The notes: generated by a model from the letters alone, not told the origin. Shown: positions 10,991 to 21,822, counted from the stretch's first letter. The stretch: 64,000 bases of DNA from a bacterium (GCA_965200245.1 CBDATS010000004.1:928001-992000); one strand, 5' to 3'. Made by a program: numbers and translations.

Positions 10991-11448
10991 CTGTTTCTCT
11001 CCCTGAGCGCGCGTTCAATTTCACGGTTCGCGGCGCGCTTTTTGAGTTCCTCGCGACGGTCGTGGAACTTTTTGCCCTTTCCAACGCCGATTTCCACCTT
11101 CGCGCGGCCCCCGGTAAAATACATCTTCATCGGAACGAGGGTCATCCCCCGCTCGTTCACGCGGCCGATCAAGCGTCCGACTTCGCGCTTGTGGAGCAGC
11201 AACTTACGCCTGCGGGTGGGTTCATGGTTATAGATGTTGCCATGTCCGTAGGGGCTGATGTGGCAATCCACCAACCAGGCTTCACCGCCGACGATGTCGC
11301 CGTAGCTCTCCTTCAGGTTCGCCCGGCCCTCACGGAGCGCCTTCACTTCTGTACCCGTGAGAACGAGGCCGGCCTCGTAGGTCTCGTCAATCGCATAATC
11401 GGCCCGCGCGCGCCTGTTCTCTGCGATTATCTTGATTCCGCCCGCCAT
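10987..11448 (-). CDS. smpB: SsrA-binding protein SmpB
   Basis: [37 protein letters not shown]. Confidence 0.98.
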   Translation of the reverse strand: MAGGIKIIAENRRARADYAIDETYEAGLVLTGTEVKALREGRANLKESYGDIVGGEAWLVDCHISPYGHGNIYNHEPTRRRKLLLHKREVGRLIGRVNERGMTLVPMKMYFTGGRAKVEIGVGKGKKFHDRREELKKRAANREIERALRERNR

Positions 11449-11562
11449 CCCAGGACCTCATGAAACCCAGGAAAAAGAAAAAGGAGCACATCGCTCCCCG
11501 CGTCTGCCCCATATCGAAGAAACAATATAGTCCTTTATGGAATTTTTCGCCACCTAGCGAAT

Positions 11563-13893
11563 TTACCGGAACAAGAGAGAACAGGAGTTCAGACGTTCAG
11601 GAAACTCCGCGGCGTCTGTCCCGCTTCGGTGCCGCCTTTCCCTTCTTCTTCTTCCGGGGAACGGGGCCCTTTTTTTCTCTGTGCGTCGAACGTCTGTGCG
11701 CATGGCCACGTGGCGCGATCCGACCGCATCTCCGAGTATTTCCCTCGTCCCACCCGCTAGGAGTTGGAACGTGACTCGGCGCGAAGCCAAGTCCACGCCC
11801 TCCACACGTACAGTGACGGAATCACCCAGACGGAACCTCCGACCCGTTCTTCGGCCATACAGCACGTGTTCCTCGGGAATGTAGGCGTAATAATCGTCCG
11901 TCATGAATTCCAGAGGTGTCATGCCCTCCACGAAAACGTCTTCAAGCTCCACGAAAATCCCGAAATTCGTGACGCCCGAGACGTGGCCGCGAAATCGCTC
12001 GCCGATTTTATCGCGCATGAAAAGCGCCTTCATGAAATCGACCATTTCGCGTGAGGCGGCCTCCGCCGCCCGGTCTCGTTCGGAAATATCACGGCAAAGG
12101 GCGACGAGTGGCTTCGCTTGCGGCTTCCTCCCGTCGCCACGTATGAGACGCGCGAGCCTCCTGTGGACACACAGGTCCGCATAGCGGCGAATCGGCGAGG
12201 TGAAATGCGTGTAGCGCTCGAAACCAAGTCCGAAGTGAAGAGCGGGCGCGGCTTCATAGCGCGCCAGTTTCATACTTCTCAGGGCAGCGAGGTTCACGTA
12301 GCGTTCCACGCTTGAGCCGCGCACGGCGTCGAACACCTCCTGAAACCCGCCCGGCTTCTTGAGCACTTCAAGACGCGGGGCCTTCAGGCCCAGTTTGGAG
12401 AGAATCGCCCTCAAACCCTCAAGATTCTCCTCCTCTGGTGCCTCATGGACGCGAAAGACAGAAGCCCCGCCCACCTCGGCGAGATATTCGGCCACCTCCC
12501 GGTTCGCCACCAGCATGCATTCCTCAATGAGTCTGTGTGCCGCGGTTCTCGGCGCGCACGCAACGCCAGACGGCATCCCCTCTGCATCGAGATGCACCTG
12601 CACTTCGGGCAGATCGAAGTCGAGGCTTCCACTACGCATGCGTTTTGTCTGGAGCTTCTCTGCAAGAGCGGACAATTGTCTGAGTGGCTCTTCGAGCGAA
12701 CGCGCGCTTTCGACCTCATCTTTCTGCGAAATCCTGTCATTCTCCAGAACGGCCGCCGCGCCACGGTAGGTCAAAGATACGCGCGAGCGAATCCGCGCGA
12801 AGGTGAGCCGCAATCCCGTCCGGTTTCCGTAACGGTCGAAATCAAGCATGACGCTCAGTGTGCGCCGGACGGCTCCTTCACGCAGGGAACATACCTCGCC
12901 CGTCAGGCGGGGCGGCAGCATCGGAACCGCCCTGTCCGGCAGGTAGACGCTCGTCCCCCGGGCAAGGGCTTCCCTGTCGATGGCACCGCCTCGCTTCACG
13001 TAATGGCCCACGTCGGCCACATGCACGCCCAGACGGCATCCTCCGAACTTGAGTTTTTCTATCGAAACCGCGTCGTCACGGTCGCGCGCGTCGAAGGGAT
13101 CGATGGTGAATGTGCACAACGAACGGAAATCCTCCACTCCCTCCGGAAAGGGGTCGTCCTCCCCCAGCGGAAAGAGCCTCGCCTCCTCATCCAGTGCTTT
13201 TTGGGGAAATTTCTCGTTTATCCCGTACTTGGCGAGCACCATCCGCCCCTCGGCGACGGGGTCTTCGGGATAACCAAACGAGCGGAGGATGCACCCTCTG
13301 GCGGGTTCTCCCTGCGTTGGGTAACGGGTAATTTCCACCTCCACCCACTCGTCGCGCCTGGCGCCTCCCCGCGCCTCCGCGCCCAGTACCACGGGGTGTG
13401 GAATGCGTTCGCTTTGCGGCTCTACCCACGCGCTTCGGCCCTCGACACAAAGCCTGCCGACCAGGGTCCGGTGTGCGCGCTCGATTATTTCGAGCACGCT
13501 GCCCTCGCGTCTTCCGTCCGGATAAACCTTCTCCACACAGGAGGAGACCATATCGCCGTCCATTGCACCGCGCGTTCTGGTTTTCCTGATCATGATGTCT
13601 GGGGATTTGCCCTCATACCCGTCCCGACTCGGCACGACGAACCCGTAACCCTGCGCGTGCCCCCGGAAAACACCCTGATAGATGGAAAGAGAACCCGGAG
13701 TCGAAAAGCGCCCTCGAACACGCACGAGCACACCTTCTTCCGCCATGGCGCGCAAGCGCTTTCTGAGCGCAGGCCGAGCGTTGGAATGCACGTCGAGCAA
13801 ACGTACGAGTTCGCGCACGGCCATTGGCCTGCCCTGATCCGTGAGCAGGCGAAGTATGGTCCTATCGTCTGGAATCGTTTGGCTTCCCTTCAT
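11563..13893 (-). CDS. rnr: Ribonuclease R
   Basis: TIDPFDARDRDDAVS, YTHFTSPIRRYADL, C-terminal S1 domain and basic tail. Confidence 0.95.
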   Translation of the reverse strand: MKGSQTIPDDRTILRLLTDQGRPMAVRELVRLLDVHSNARPALRKRLRAMAEEGVLVRVRGRFSTPGSLSIYQGVFRGHAQGYGFVVPSRDGYEGKSPDIMIRKTRTRGAMDGDMVSSCVEKVYPDGRREGSVLEIIERAHRTLVGRLCVEGRSAWVEPQSERIPHPVVLGAEARGGARRDEWVEVEITRYPTQGEPARGCILRSFGYPEDPVAEGRMVLAKYGINEKFPQKALDEEARLFPLGEDDPFPEGVEDFRSLCTFTIDPFDARDRDDAVSIEKLKFGGCRLGVHVADVGHYVKRGGAIDREALARGTSVYLPDRAVPMLPPRLTGEVCSLREGAVRRTLSVMLDFDRYGNRTGLRLTFARIRSRVSLTYRGAAAVLENDRISQKDEVESARSLEEPLRQLSALAEKLQTKRMRSGSLDFDLPEVQVHLDAEGMPSGVACAPRTAAHRLIEECMLVANREVAEYLAEVGGASVFRVHEAPEEENLEGLRAILSKLGLKAPRLEVLKKPGGFQEVFDAVRGSSVERYVNLAALRSMKLARYEAAPALHFGLGFERYTHFTSPIRRYADLCVHRRLARLIRGDGRKPQAKPLVALCRDISERDRAAEAASREMVDFMKALFMRDKIGERFRGHVSGVTNFGIFVELEDVFVEGMTPLEFMTDDYYAYIPEEHVLYGRRTGRRFRLGDSVTVRVEGVDLASRRVTFQLLAGGTREILGDAVGSRHVAMRTDVRRTEKKRAPFPGRRRRERRHRSGTDAAEFPERLNSCSLLFR

Positions 13894-13905
13894 GAACGGT
13901 CCGAC

Positions 13906-14568
13906 TCATTCCACCTCATGGGCGAAAACCTGGTGGCAGTCCACCACATCGCCCTCAGCGAGCTGCACACAGGTCAGGCATCCGCCGTGCACAGCACGCG
14001 TGTCGATACCCAGGTAATACGGGAGCCTGTTGTTGAGACCGTCGGTTTGCGTGTGGCCGAAGACGACGGGCTTTCCGAAATCGTACTCCGCATAAAGAAA
14101 TTCCTCCCGTATCCAGACAAGATCCATCGGGTCCTGGCGGTCGATGGGAACACCTGGCCTCAGTCCCGCATGCACGAAGATGAAACCACGGCTCACGTGA
14201 AGCCACTCAAGGTTGTTGAAAAACCCGATATGCCCCGAGGGCAGCCGGATGTCACCATTCTCGTTGCGGTAGTTCTCCAGCGTCGCGCGTCCTCCGTTCA
14301 TCAGATAGACATCCGGATAATAGCTCCCGCCGCCTGCAAGATAATCCAGGAGCATATCCTCGTGGTTTCCGCGCAAGAACCTGGATTCAGGATATTCGTT
14401 CTTGAAGCGGATCAGCAAATCGACTACGGCCCTGGAATCCCGCCCCCGGTCGATGGCATCACCGAGAAAGACAACTTCATCGTCCTTTTGGAAGGGCACA
14501 CGCTCCACCAGGGCTTCCAGCATGTGAATCTGGCCATGGATGTCGCCGACCGCGTAGAGGTTGGACAT
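13906..14568 (-). CDS. Metallophosphoesterase (Ser/Thr phosphatase-like)
   Basis: GDIHG, LGDAIDRG, LRGNHE, VHAG, FGHT motifs. Confidence 0.9.
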   Translation of the reverse strand: MSNLYAVGDIHGQIHMLEALVERVPFQKDDEVVFLGDAIDRGRDSRAVVDLLIRFKNEYPESRFLRGNHEDMLLDYLAGGGSYYPDVYLMNGGRATLENYRNENGDIRLPSGHIGFFNNLEWLHVSRGFIFVHAGLRPGVPIDRQDPMDLVWIREEFLYAEYDFGKPVVFGHTQTDGLNNRLPYYLGIDTRAVHGGCLTCVQLAEGDVVDCHQVFAHEVE

Positions 14569-14586
14569 GCCGAATTCGGGCCTCCG

Positions 14587-17316
14587 CTATTTTAACTCGC
14601 CCCAGTTATTTCCGGTACTCACGTCCACGTCGAGAGGAACGAGGAGGGGCAATGCACCACGCATCTCCTCTGCGACGAGGGCCGCCACGGCTTCCAGTTC
14701 TTCGGGCGGTATTTCGAACAGGAGTTCATCGTGCACCTGCACCAGCATGCGCGCTTCCCTTTCCTCTTTCTTCAGGCGATCAGCGATGGCTATCATCGCG
14801 AGCTTGATGATATCGGCCGCACTGCCCTGGATAACGGAGTTCACTGCCGTTCGCTCGGCGGCGTTTTTCGCGTTCCGGTTTCGGCTGTTCAGATCGGGGA
14901 GATACCTGCGCCGGCCCATGATGGTGGAGACGTAACCGCACGCCTTCGCCTTCTCAATGGTTTCGTTCACGAAGGCGGGCACGGCGGCGAATCGTTCAAA
15001 ATAGATGTCAATGAACGAGCGCGCCTCGGATTGCGGGATGCCGATGGTCTGGGAGAGTCCAAAGGCTCCCTGTCCGTAGATGATCCCGAAATTCACCGCC
15101 TTGGCGACGCGGCGCATTTCGAAATCCACTCCCTCAAGCCCCACGCCGTAGACGGCCGATGCGGTAGTGGCGTGGATATCCTCCCCTTTCCCGAAGGCGT
15201 CAACAAGAGCCGGATCGTTCGTGAAATGGGCCAGCACTCTCAGTTCGATCTGGCTGTAATCCGCGGACAGGAGCCTCCATCCCTCCCTGGGCAGGAAAGC
15301 CTGGCGAATCTGGCGGCCCAAATCCGTGCGGATGGGGATGTTCTGCAGATTGGGATCCGAACCGCTCAGGCGGCCCGTGGCGGCGACGGTCTGGTTAAAA
15401 CGCGCGTGGATGCGACCCGTCCGGGCGTTCACGAGTTCGGGCAGGGTATCCACGTAAGTGCTCTTGAGCTTTGACAGCTGCCTGAAGTTCAGAATCTCCT
15501 GGGGCAATGGATGCTGCGGTGCCAGCCTCTCCAGCGTGTCAATATCCGTGGAGGGACCCGTCTTCGTTCTCTTGAACACCGGGAGGTTCAGCTTCTCAAA
15601 CAGGATGACGCGCAACTGCTTGGTGGAGTTGATGTTGAATGTCTCGCCCGCGAGTTCGTGGATATCGATTGTCATCTGATCGAGGCGCACTTCGAGTTCC
15701 TTGCCCATATTCTGCAAAAATTCCCGATCCAGCCGGATACCCGCGCGTTCCATATCGAGCAGGACACGCAGGAGTGGGACTTCCAACTCCTCGAAAAGGT
15801 TCATCAGCCCGTCGCGTTCCAGTTGCGGGGCCATCTCGGCGGCGAGTCGGAAGGTGATGTCGGCGTCCTGGCAGGCGTAAGGGGCCGCCGCCTCGATGGG
15901 TACATGGGAGAAAGGAATCTCCTTCGCCCCCTTGCCGCACAAATCGGCGTACTTGATGGTTGTGACTCCGAAATACTCCTGCGCCAGATGGTCCAGCCCG
16001 TGGCTCCTGCGGCTCGAGAGCAGGAGGTAGGATGCGAGCATGGTGTCGAACAAGGGACCGCGAACGTCGAGGCCGGCCTCCTTGATCACCGCCATGTCGT
16101 ATTTGATGTTCTGTCCGATTTTCTCGATCTCGGGCGATTCCAGAAGCGGCGAGATATCCCGGAGCACATCCTCAAGCAGAAGCTGGGGACCTGCGTCCAT
16201 CATCTCGTGTCCCACGGGAACGTAAAATGCACGACCCGCACAGGCGGAGAAACTCAGTCCCACGATTCGTGCCTGCATGGGATCGAGCGAGGTGGTTTCC
16301 AGATCGAACGCAAATCGCCCTGCCTTCTCGAGTTCCGCGATCATCGTATCCAACTCTTCGGAGGTACGAACGACATGGTAGTCGCGCTCCTCCCCTTCAT
16401 CTGCGCCGGCCGCCTCCGAAGCTGTTTCTTCGGCGTCTTCTGCGCTGTAGCCGGGGAGTTGCCCGATGATGTTCCTGAATTCGAGTTCCTCGACGAAGAG
16501 TTTCCGGCCCGCCTCGATATCGGCGTCACCAAGACGACAGGACTCGAGATCCCCTTCGAGCGGCAAATCTCGCTTGATTGTGCAAAGCTCCCGCGAGAGT
16601 TTGGCCATTTCCATGTTTTCCTCGATGTTCCGGCGCTGCCCGGGGCGCTTTATCTGATCGGTGGATGCGAGCACTTGGTCGAGTCCGCCGAACTGCTGAA
16701 TCAGGACGACGGCGGTTTTCTCCCCGATACCCGGCACACCCGGAATGTTGTCCGTCGAATCGCCCATGAGCGCCTGGATGTCCACGAATTTCTCGGGCGG
16801 AACACCCCATTTGGTCTCGATTTCCACAGGTCCCATCTCCTCGTCCTTCATCGGGTCCCAGATGCGGACATTTTGGGAAACGAGCTGGGCGAAATCCTTG
16901 TCCGCCGTCACCAGAACGACCTCGAAGTCCTCTGCTTCCGCGCGTGCGGCCAGCGTGCCGATGATGTCATCAGCCTCGGCACCCACCTGCACAAGGAGGG
17001 GAATCCGCAGCACCTCGACCACGCGGTGCATGTAGGGTATCTGCTGGACCAGATCTTCCGGCGCTGCGTCCCTGTTCCCCTTGTAGGCAGGGTAAAGCTT
17101 GTGACGGAACGTGGGTTCAGGGCGATCGAAGGCAATGGCGACGTACTCGGGCGCGCGCTCCCGAATAACCTTCAGGAGCATTCTGGCAAAGGCCAGGGTA
17201 CCGCCCGTGGGCACACCCTTCGAGTTCGAAAGGCGCTGACGCATCGTGCCGTAATAGGCCCGGAACATGTAACCCGACCCATCGATGAGATAGATTCGTT
17301 TCCTGTCTTCGCTCAT
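14587..17316 (-). CDS. polA: DNA polymerase I
   Basis: 5'-3' exonuclease, FDLETT 3'-5' exonuclease, SADYSQIELR, KAVNFGIIYG, QVHDEL. Confidence 0.98.
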   Translation of the reverse strand: MSEDRKRIYLIDGSGYMFRAYYGTMRQRLSNSKGVPTGGTLAFARMLLKVIRERAPEYVAIAFDRPEPTFRHKLYPAYKGNRDAAPEDLVQQIPYMHRVVEVLRIPLLVQVGAEADDIIGTLAARAEAEDFEVVLVTADKDFAQLVSQNVRIWDPMKDEEMGPVEIETKWGVPPEKFVDIQALMGDSTDNIPGVPGIGEKTAVVLIQQFGGLDQVLASTDQIKRPGQRRNIEENMEMAKLSRELCTIKRDLPLEGDLESCRLGDADIEAGRKLFVEELEFRNIIGQLPGYSAEDAEETASEAAGADEGEERDYHVVRTSEELDTMIAELEKAGRFAFDLETTSLDPMQARIVGLSFSACAGRAFYVPVGHEMMDAGPQLLLEDVLRDISPLLESPEIEKIGQNIKYDMAVIKEAGLDVRGPLFDTMLASYLLLSSRRSHGLDHLAQEYFGVTTIKYADLCGKGAKEIPFSHVPIEAAAPYACQDADITFRLAAEMAPQLERDGLMNLFEELEVPLLRVLLDMERAGIRLDREFLQNMGKELEVRLDQMTIDIHELAGETFNINSTKQLRVILFEKLNLPVFKRTKTGPSTDIDTLERLAPQHPLPQEILNFRQLSKLKSTYVDTLPELVNARTGRIHARFNQTVAATGRLSGSDPNLQNIPIRTDLGRQIRQAFLPREGWRLLSADYSQIELRVLAHFTNDPALVDAFGKGEDIHATTASAVYGVGLEGVDFEMRRVAKAVNFGIIYGQGAFGLSQTIGIPQSEARSFIDIYFERFAAVPAFVNETIEKAKACGYVSTIMGRRRYLPDLNSRNRNAKNAAERTAVNSVIQGSAADIIKLAMIAIADRLKKEEREARMLVQVHDELLFEIPPEELEAVAALVAEEMRGALPLLVPLDVDVSTGNNWGELK

Positions 17317-17695
17317 CTATCAACACAAAAAAGAGGAAAGGGGCGGCTCGGCTCCAAAGTTGCATGAGAACGCTTTTCCCGCAACCCGCAGCGGAGAATC
17401 CCGCCTGTGAGTTCGGGGTTCCGGTTTCGCATGGAACGGCCTGTGCGCTTTCCTGAGCCCGATTTCGGGCTGGTACGCACTTCCTGTCTCTTCATTGAGT
17501 TATATCTATATGTAAGACTAGGCTGTCGATCCTGAATTCTGAAAATTACGAAATAATATTGCCTCGTGACGCTCCGCACTCTCACTTTCGCATCGGCCCC
17601 AAAGCGTCTACAGGACAAATGCGAACGCGACGAGAATAGGAGGATAAAGGAAAGATGGGGTAAGGGTTGAAAAGAAGAATATGCGAATGCTTAGA

Positions 17696-18925
17696 TTATT
17701 GTTCGCCTTTAGGTTGATTACCTGCCAGTAAGCGAACCATGAATCTTTCGCCTTCCTCAAGGAGAATCGGATCGGTTCCGTTATGTTCCTGCATTCCACG
17801 AACGATTATACGAGGTACGCCCATTTCCATGTGTTCCAAATATCCGTAGTCACGCATTATGTCCTTCAGGAGTTGATTTCTCGCTGTTCGGGTTCCGATG
17901 CGCATACGATCCGGCGTAATTCCGTTTGGGAGTTTACCGGGTGAGATTACTTCTAACCTGTCATCATAAATTGCCAACTCAATATCCGTATTTGCCAAAA
18001 AATAGTCACGGTGAATCAGAGCATTTACCATCGTCTCTCTGATTACCTTGTCTGGATATGTTCTTTTTTCCACACGACGTACACCATCTTCCAGCACGGA
18101 AGTTATTGGAGTGTTTCGTCTAACAAAATCCAATGCCTGCTCGACTAGCCCAGATTCCAGAATCGCGCCATATTGATCTTGCAGAGGTGTCATCGGCCCC
18201 CGTAAAAGCGCTCGCTCTCTAGCACTATAATCTTTTTCTGTTCCAGGAAATGCTACTGCATCAATACCTGCCTGTGGCAAAAACCGATTTGGTGTTTTTC
18301 CAAACAAGAGCATACCAGAAAGGGTGACGCCTTCTTCAATCATTATTTCTGTATTGATAAGCCAGGTTTGCCATCCCGAGTCGTTGGTATCTGCTGGAAC
18401 TTCCTGCTGGCGAACTCGGGTAAAGTAATCCTTGAGCCGACGGCGGTCCAAATCGTTAATCGTTGCACCTGAGACAATTCGCAAGTCAGCACGAAATGTG
18501 CCACGTTGTTGAAACAACCGACCAAGTTCCTGCGGTGTAGGCTCCCGACTTTGCGAACCTACTCGAATGTAATAAATATTCCTGTTATTATGCCAGAGGC
18601 TATGTACATCCCCGCCACGGGGAATACGCACAATCGCCACTTCTTTGCCCCCTCCTACATCCTTGATCGTCTCAAAAAACGGAATGATGGCAGGCCGGAT
18701 TTTGTCCCGGCATGCAGTCATGACCCACTCTTCCAGACGGTCTCGCTTCAGTCCGTCAATGTTTCCATTATCGTCCACGCCCAGCAGAACCATTCCACCT
18801 TCCAAGTTCGAGAATGCGACGAGTTCTTTTGCCAAGTCATGGTTTTGCAAGACATCTAGTTTGAATTCTACACCCGAATTTTCACCATTCGAGATTATTT
18901 CGAGCAATTCCGTTCGAGTCATCAT
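17696..18925 (-). CDS. Schlafen/AlbA_2 domain + HATPase_c_4 (RecG C-terminal-like) protein
   Basis: GENSGVEFK, LVAFSNLEGG..LGVDDNG, RETMVNALIHRDY, LEVISPG; AT-rich. Confidence 0.85.
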   Translation of the reverse strand: MMTRTELLEIISNGENSGVEFKLDVLQNHDLAKELVAFSNLEGGMVLLGVDDNGNIDGLKRDRLEEWVMTACRDKIRPAIIPFFETIKDVGGGKEVAIVRIPRGGDVHSLWHNNRNIYYIRVGSQSREPTPQELGRLFQQRGTFRADLRIVSGATINDLDRRRLKDYFTRVRQQEVPADTNDSGWQTWLINTEIMIEEGVTLSGMLLFGKTPNRFLPQAGIDAVAFPGTEKDYSARERALLRGPMTPLQDQYGAILESGLVEQALDFVRRNTPITSVLEDGVRRVEKRTYPDKVIRETMVNALIHRDYFLANTDIELAIYDDRLEVISPGKLPNGITPDRMRIGTRTARNQLLKDIMRDYGYLEHMEMGVPRIIVRGMQEHNGTDPILLEEGERFMVRLLAGNQPKGEQ

Positions 18926-19275
18926 ATTTTAGAAACCATACTTCGAGCGACGTAACTCGAAGGCATCCTTTCCACCTTCGAGGACTTCCGCGACCAATTC
19001 TCGTACTGGCTCAGAATCAATGGAACCCATATGTTTGGAGCAAACCTAGCCTGTCTCTCTTCCTCTTCCGCTTCACCAGAAGCAGCAAGCCCCAAGATGA
19101 GTTCCGCATCGCCTAGCACAGGAATGTTTGCGTTATGTGTAGAGAAAATGAACTGTCGCAGTCGCTTTTCCCGTCTCATGATTGGCACTACGCTTTCTAT
19201 AATGAAACGATTGTCAAGATCATCTTCGGGTTGATCAACTATGAGAGGGGCGTCGGATTCCAGGAACAGTAACTC
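18922..19275 (-). pseudogene. C-terminal fragment of a TrlF/Ppl-like ABC ATPase
   Basis: PLIVDQPEDDLDN and QFIFSTHNANIPVLGDAE; shifted-frame tail VLEGGKDAFELRRSKYGF; no Walker A. Confidence 0.7.
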
Positions 19276-19374
19276 TATTCTTCTCCCTTTGAACTTAATG
19301 AATCGTTTATCATACACCCACATTTTTTCACCATGGTTAAGTCCTGCAAATGCTGGAAGAGACCAAGAAGCTTC

Positions 19375-19595
19375 CACCCACGATCCGTCGCTCTACGAAC
19401 ATGGAGGAACCGTAGACGCGGCGCAGAGCGGCGAGGAATACTGTCAGACCCTGCGCAAGGTGCTTGTCGACAACCGCGAGGGGATAGTCCGTATGCCGTG
19501 GAAGATCGGTTCCGGCATGGCTGCGGGAGCGTGTTGCGGCATCTTCTTTTGCGCGGTCGTGTGTAGCAAGAGCGTGGGAAATCGAACCATTGTCG
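19375..19595 (+). pseudogene. Fragment resembling the C-terminal region of a helicase-related protein
   Basis: AAQSGEEYCQTLRKVL..MPWKIGSGM..GIFFCAVV; recognised from memory only. Confidence 0.4.
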
Positions 19596-19942
19596 AACAG
19601 GCAGTTTGCATTGTATTTTTTCATTCTGGTGTACTCTGGAATTCAGAACCGATGAGAGTAGATATATTTGGCATTTCACCCCTTTCTTGTTCGAACGGGA
19701 ACTGAAGGCGGAAAGCGGAATTCCGGCATGCGCCAGAATGACGGTCACGGGCAATCGCAGGGGAAATGGAATCTATTTCTTTGTTCTGCACATCACCGCC
19801 ACCCCCTGCCGGTGAGGGGACGAATCACGACCTCTCTCTACAATAGCCCCTTCCCCTTCCGTATGCACCCCTGTTATCCTGTTCATATCTGGTGCCGTAT
19901 GTTCACGAAATCCAACAGCTACCGGCGAGGAGGTTTCCATTC

Positions 19943-20707
19943 ATGTCTGCAGGATGCTGCGACGATGCGGAACGCATCAAAAACGCGGTTCGAGAACTCT
20001 ATGCCAAAGTCGCCACGGGCGAGGTCACATGCTGTGGAGATCCGGGAGCCGAGATGCCTACGGGCATGGAGAACATCGAGAGCATCAACTATGCGAAAGA
20101 TGCCGTGGGAGAGTTTCCCGCGGACATTCTGAACGCGAATGCAGGCTGCGGGAACCCGGTCCAGGACGCGCATCCCCAACCGGGCGAGACGGTACTCGAT
20201 TTGGGCTCGGGTGCGGGCCTTGACTGTTTTCTCGCCGCAAAGGAGGTGGGGCCGGACGGGAACGTGATCGGCATAGACATGACGGACGCCATGCTGGAGA
20301 AGGCAGAGAGAAACAGACAGAGTATGGGCACCGCGAACGTATCGTTCCGAAAGGACGACATGGAGAACATGCCGGTTGAAGACGCTTCAGTCGACGTCGT
20401 CATCAGCAACTGCGTCATCAACCTCTCACCGGACAAGCCGGCCGTGTTTCGCGAATCGTTTCGCGTTCTGCGCCCGGGCGGGCGCTTCGTCGTTTCCGAC
20501 GTCATCCGGGCGGTAGGCGAAACCACCGAACTTCCCGGAGAAACCTCCATCGCGGACTGGTGCGCATGCATCGCGGGCGCCATCAGCGAGGATGCGTACA
20601 TGACCAACCTGCGCAAGGCCGGTTTTTCCAACGTCGAAATCATCAACCGAAACCCCTATGCAGTCCCCGAACTCATGAGCGCCACCATACGCGCCGTCAA
20701 ACCCTGA
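19943..20707 (+). CDS. arsM: Arsenite methyltransferase-like SAM methyltransferase
   Basis: GCGNP, LDLGSGAGLD, GIDMT, SNCVINL, WCACIAGA; N-terminal CC pairs; GAGGAGG RBS. Confidence 0.85.
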   Translation: MSAGCCDDAERIKNAVRELYAKVATGEVTCCGDPGAEMPTGMENIESINYAKDAVGEFPADILNANAGCGNPVQDAHPQPGETVLDLGSGAGLDCFLAAKEVGPDGNVIGIDMTDAMLEKAERNRQSMGTANVSFRKDDMENMPVEDASVDVVISNCVINLSPDKPAVFRESFRVLRPGGRFVVSDVIRAVGETTELPGETSIADWCACIAGAISEDAYMTNLRKAGFSNVEIINRNPYAVPELMSATIRAVKP

Positions 20708-20838
20708 AATTCCCTGCTTTCATCAAAGCAGAAACATCGAGATTGCTCTGCTCTTGGGATGGCGCTCCATGGTTGACGCCTCTCGTTCGCGGGTGCTAAC
20801 AATCCGGTTCGACCTTTCACGCTACGGAGACGAAAAGA

Positions 20839-21822
20839 ATGCACATCGACGCTCATTGCCACATATATCCCGATGAATACTTTGAAATCCTCGACAGGGA
20901 GGGACCGCGCTACGGCGTCCACCTCACCACAAACGCCGAGGGCAAGCGCATCGTGGACATCAAGGGGATGCTACACCCGCCCATCGAGCCTTTCACCAAC
21001 GTGTACCTGAGGCTCAAGACCATGGACGAGATGAATCTGGACATGAACATTCTTTCGTTCTCATCGAACCCGGGCGTCTACTGGGCGGACGACGGGCTGG
21101 CCGATGAACTCTGCAAGGCGGCGAACGACGCCTACGCCGCCATCATCGAGAAACACCCCACGAAATTTCATGGCCTAGCATCACTTCCCGCGCAGAACGC
21201 AGACCTCTCGGCCAAAGAACTCGAACGATCCGTCAACAAGCTGGGACTCAAGGGGGGATTTCTGAGCACGAACGTGAACGGCCGATACCTGGACGACGAG
21301 AGTTTCTACCCCATCTACGAGGCAGCCGCGGGCATGAACGTGCCCATCATCGTTCATCCGGCCAACCCGGCGGGCGCTGCGCAGATGAAAGAATACCACC
21401 TGTTCAACCTCGTCGGATTTCCGACGGAGAGCGCGAACAGCATCGGCCGACTGATATTCTCCGGCATTTTCGACAGAATGCCGGAACTCACCTTCATCTT
21501 CCTGCACGGCGGCGGCACAGCGCCTTATCTGGTCGGGCGCTTCGCCCACGGCTGGAAGGTTCGTCCCGAATGCAGGAAGATATCGCGTGCACCCATCGAG
21601 TATCTGCGCTCCAATTTCTATCTCGACATGCTGGTGTTTCATCCACCCGTCGTGCGATTTCTGGTGGACGTCATGGGAGGAGACAGGGTCGTTCTCGGAA
21701 CGGATTTGCCCTACGACATGACGGACACGGATGCGGTCGAAACGCTCCGGCAGTCGGGACTGAGTCAGGAAGAATACGAAAACGTATCGCACAGGAATAT
21801 CCAGCGCCTGCTGGACCTCTAG
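20839..21822 (+). CDS. Amidohydrolase_2 family (ACMSD-like decarboxylase/hydrolase)
   Basis: IDAHCH, IVHP, HGGG, LGTDLPYD. Confidence 0.85.
   Translation: MHIDAHCHIYPDEYFEILDREGPRYGVHLTTNAEGKRIVDIKGMLHPPIEPFTNVYLRLKTMDEMNLDMNILSFSSNPGVYWADDGLADELCKAANDAYAAIIEKHPTKFHGLASLPAQNADLSAKELERSVNKLGLKGGFLSTNVNGRYLDDESFYPIYEAAAGMNVPIIVHPANPAGAAQMKEYHLFNLVGFPTESANSIGRLIFSGIFDRMPELTFIFLHGGGTAPYLVGRFAHGWKVRPECRKISRAPIEYLRSNFYLDMLVFHPPVVRFLVDVMGGDRVVLGTDLPYDMTDTDAVETLRQSGLSQEEYENVSHRNIQRLLDL

Noticed and set aside
12445-17367. Long + strand ORFs (716 aa, 618 aa)
   Set aside because: Antisense shadows of rnr, the phosphoesterase and polA, typical of high-GC DNA
19717-19744. REP-like half palindrome GGAATTCCGGCATGCGCCAGAATGAC
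   Set aside because: Single degenerate copy in the window; cannot establish a repeat family
19943-20707. Selenocysteine readthrough in the ArsM-like gene
   Set aside because: Cys codons at the conserved sites; no in-frame TGA before the natural end
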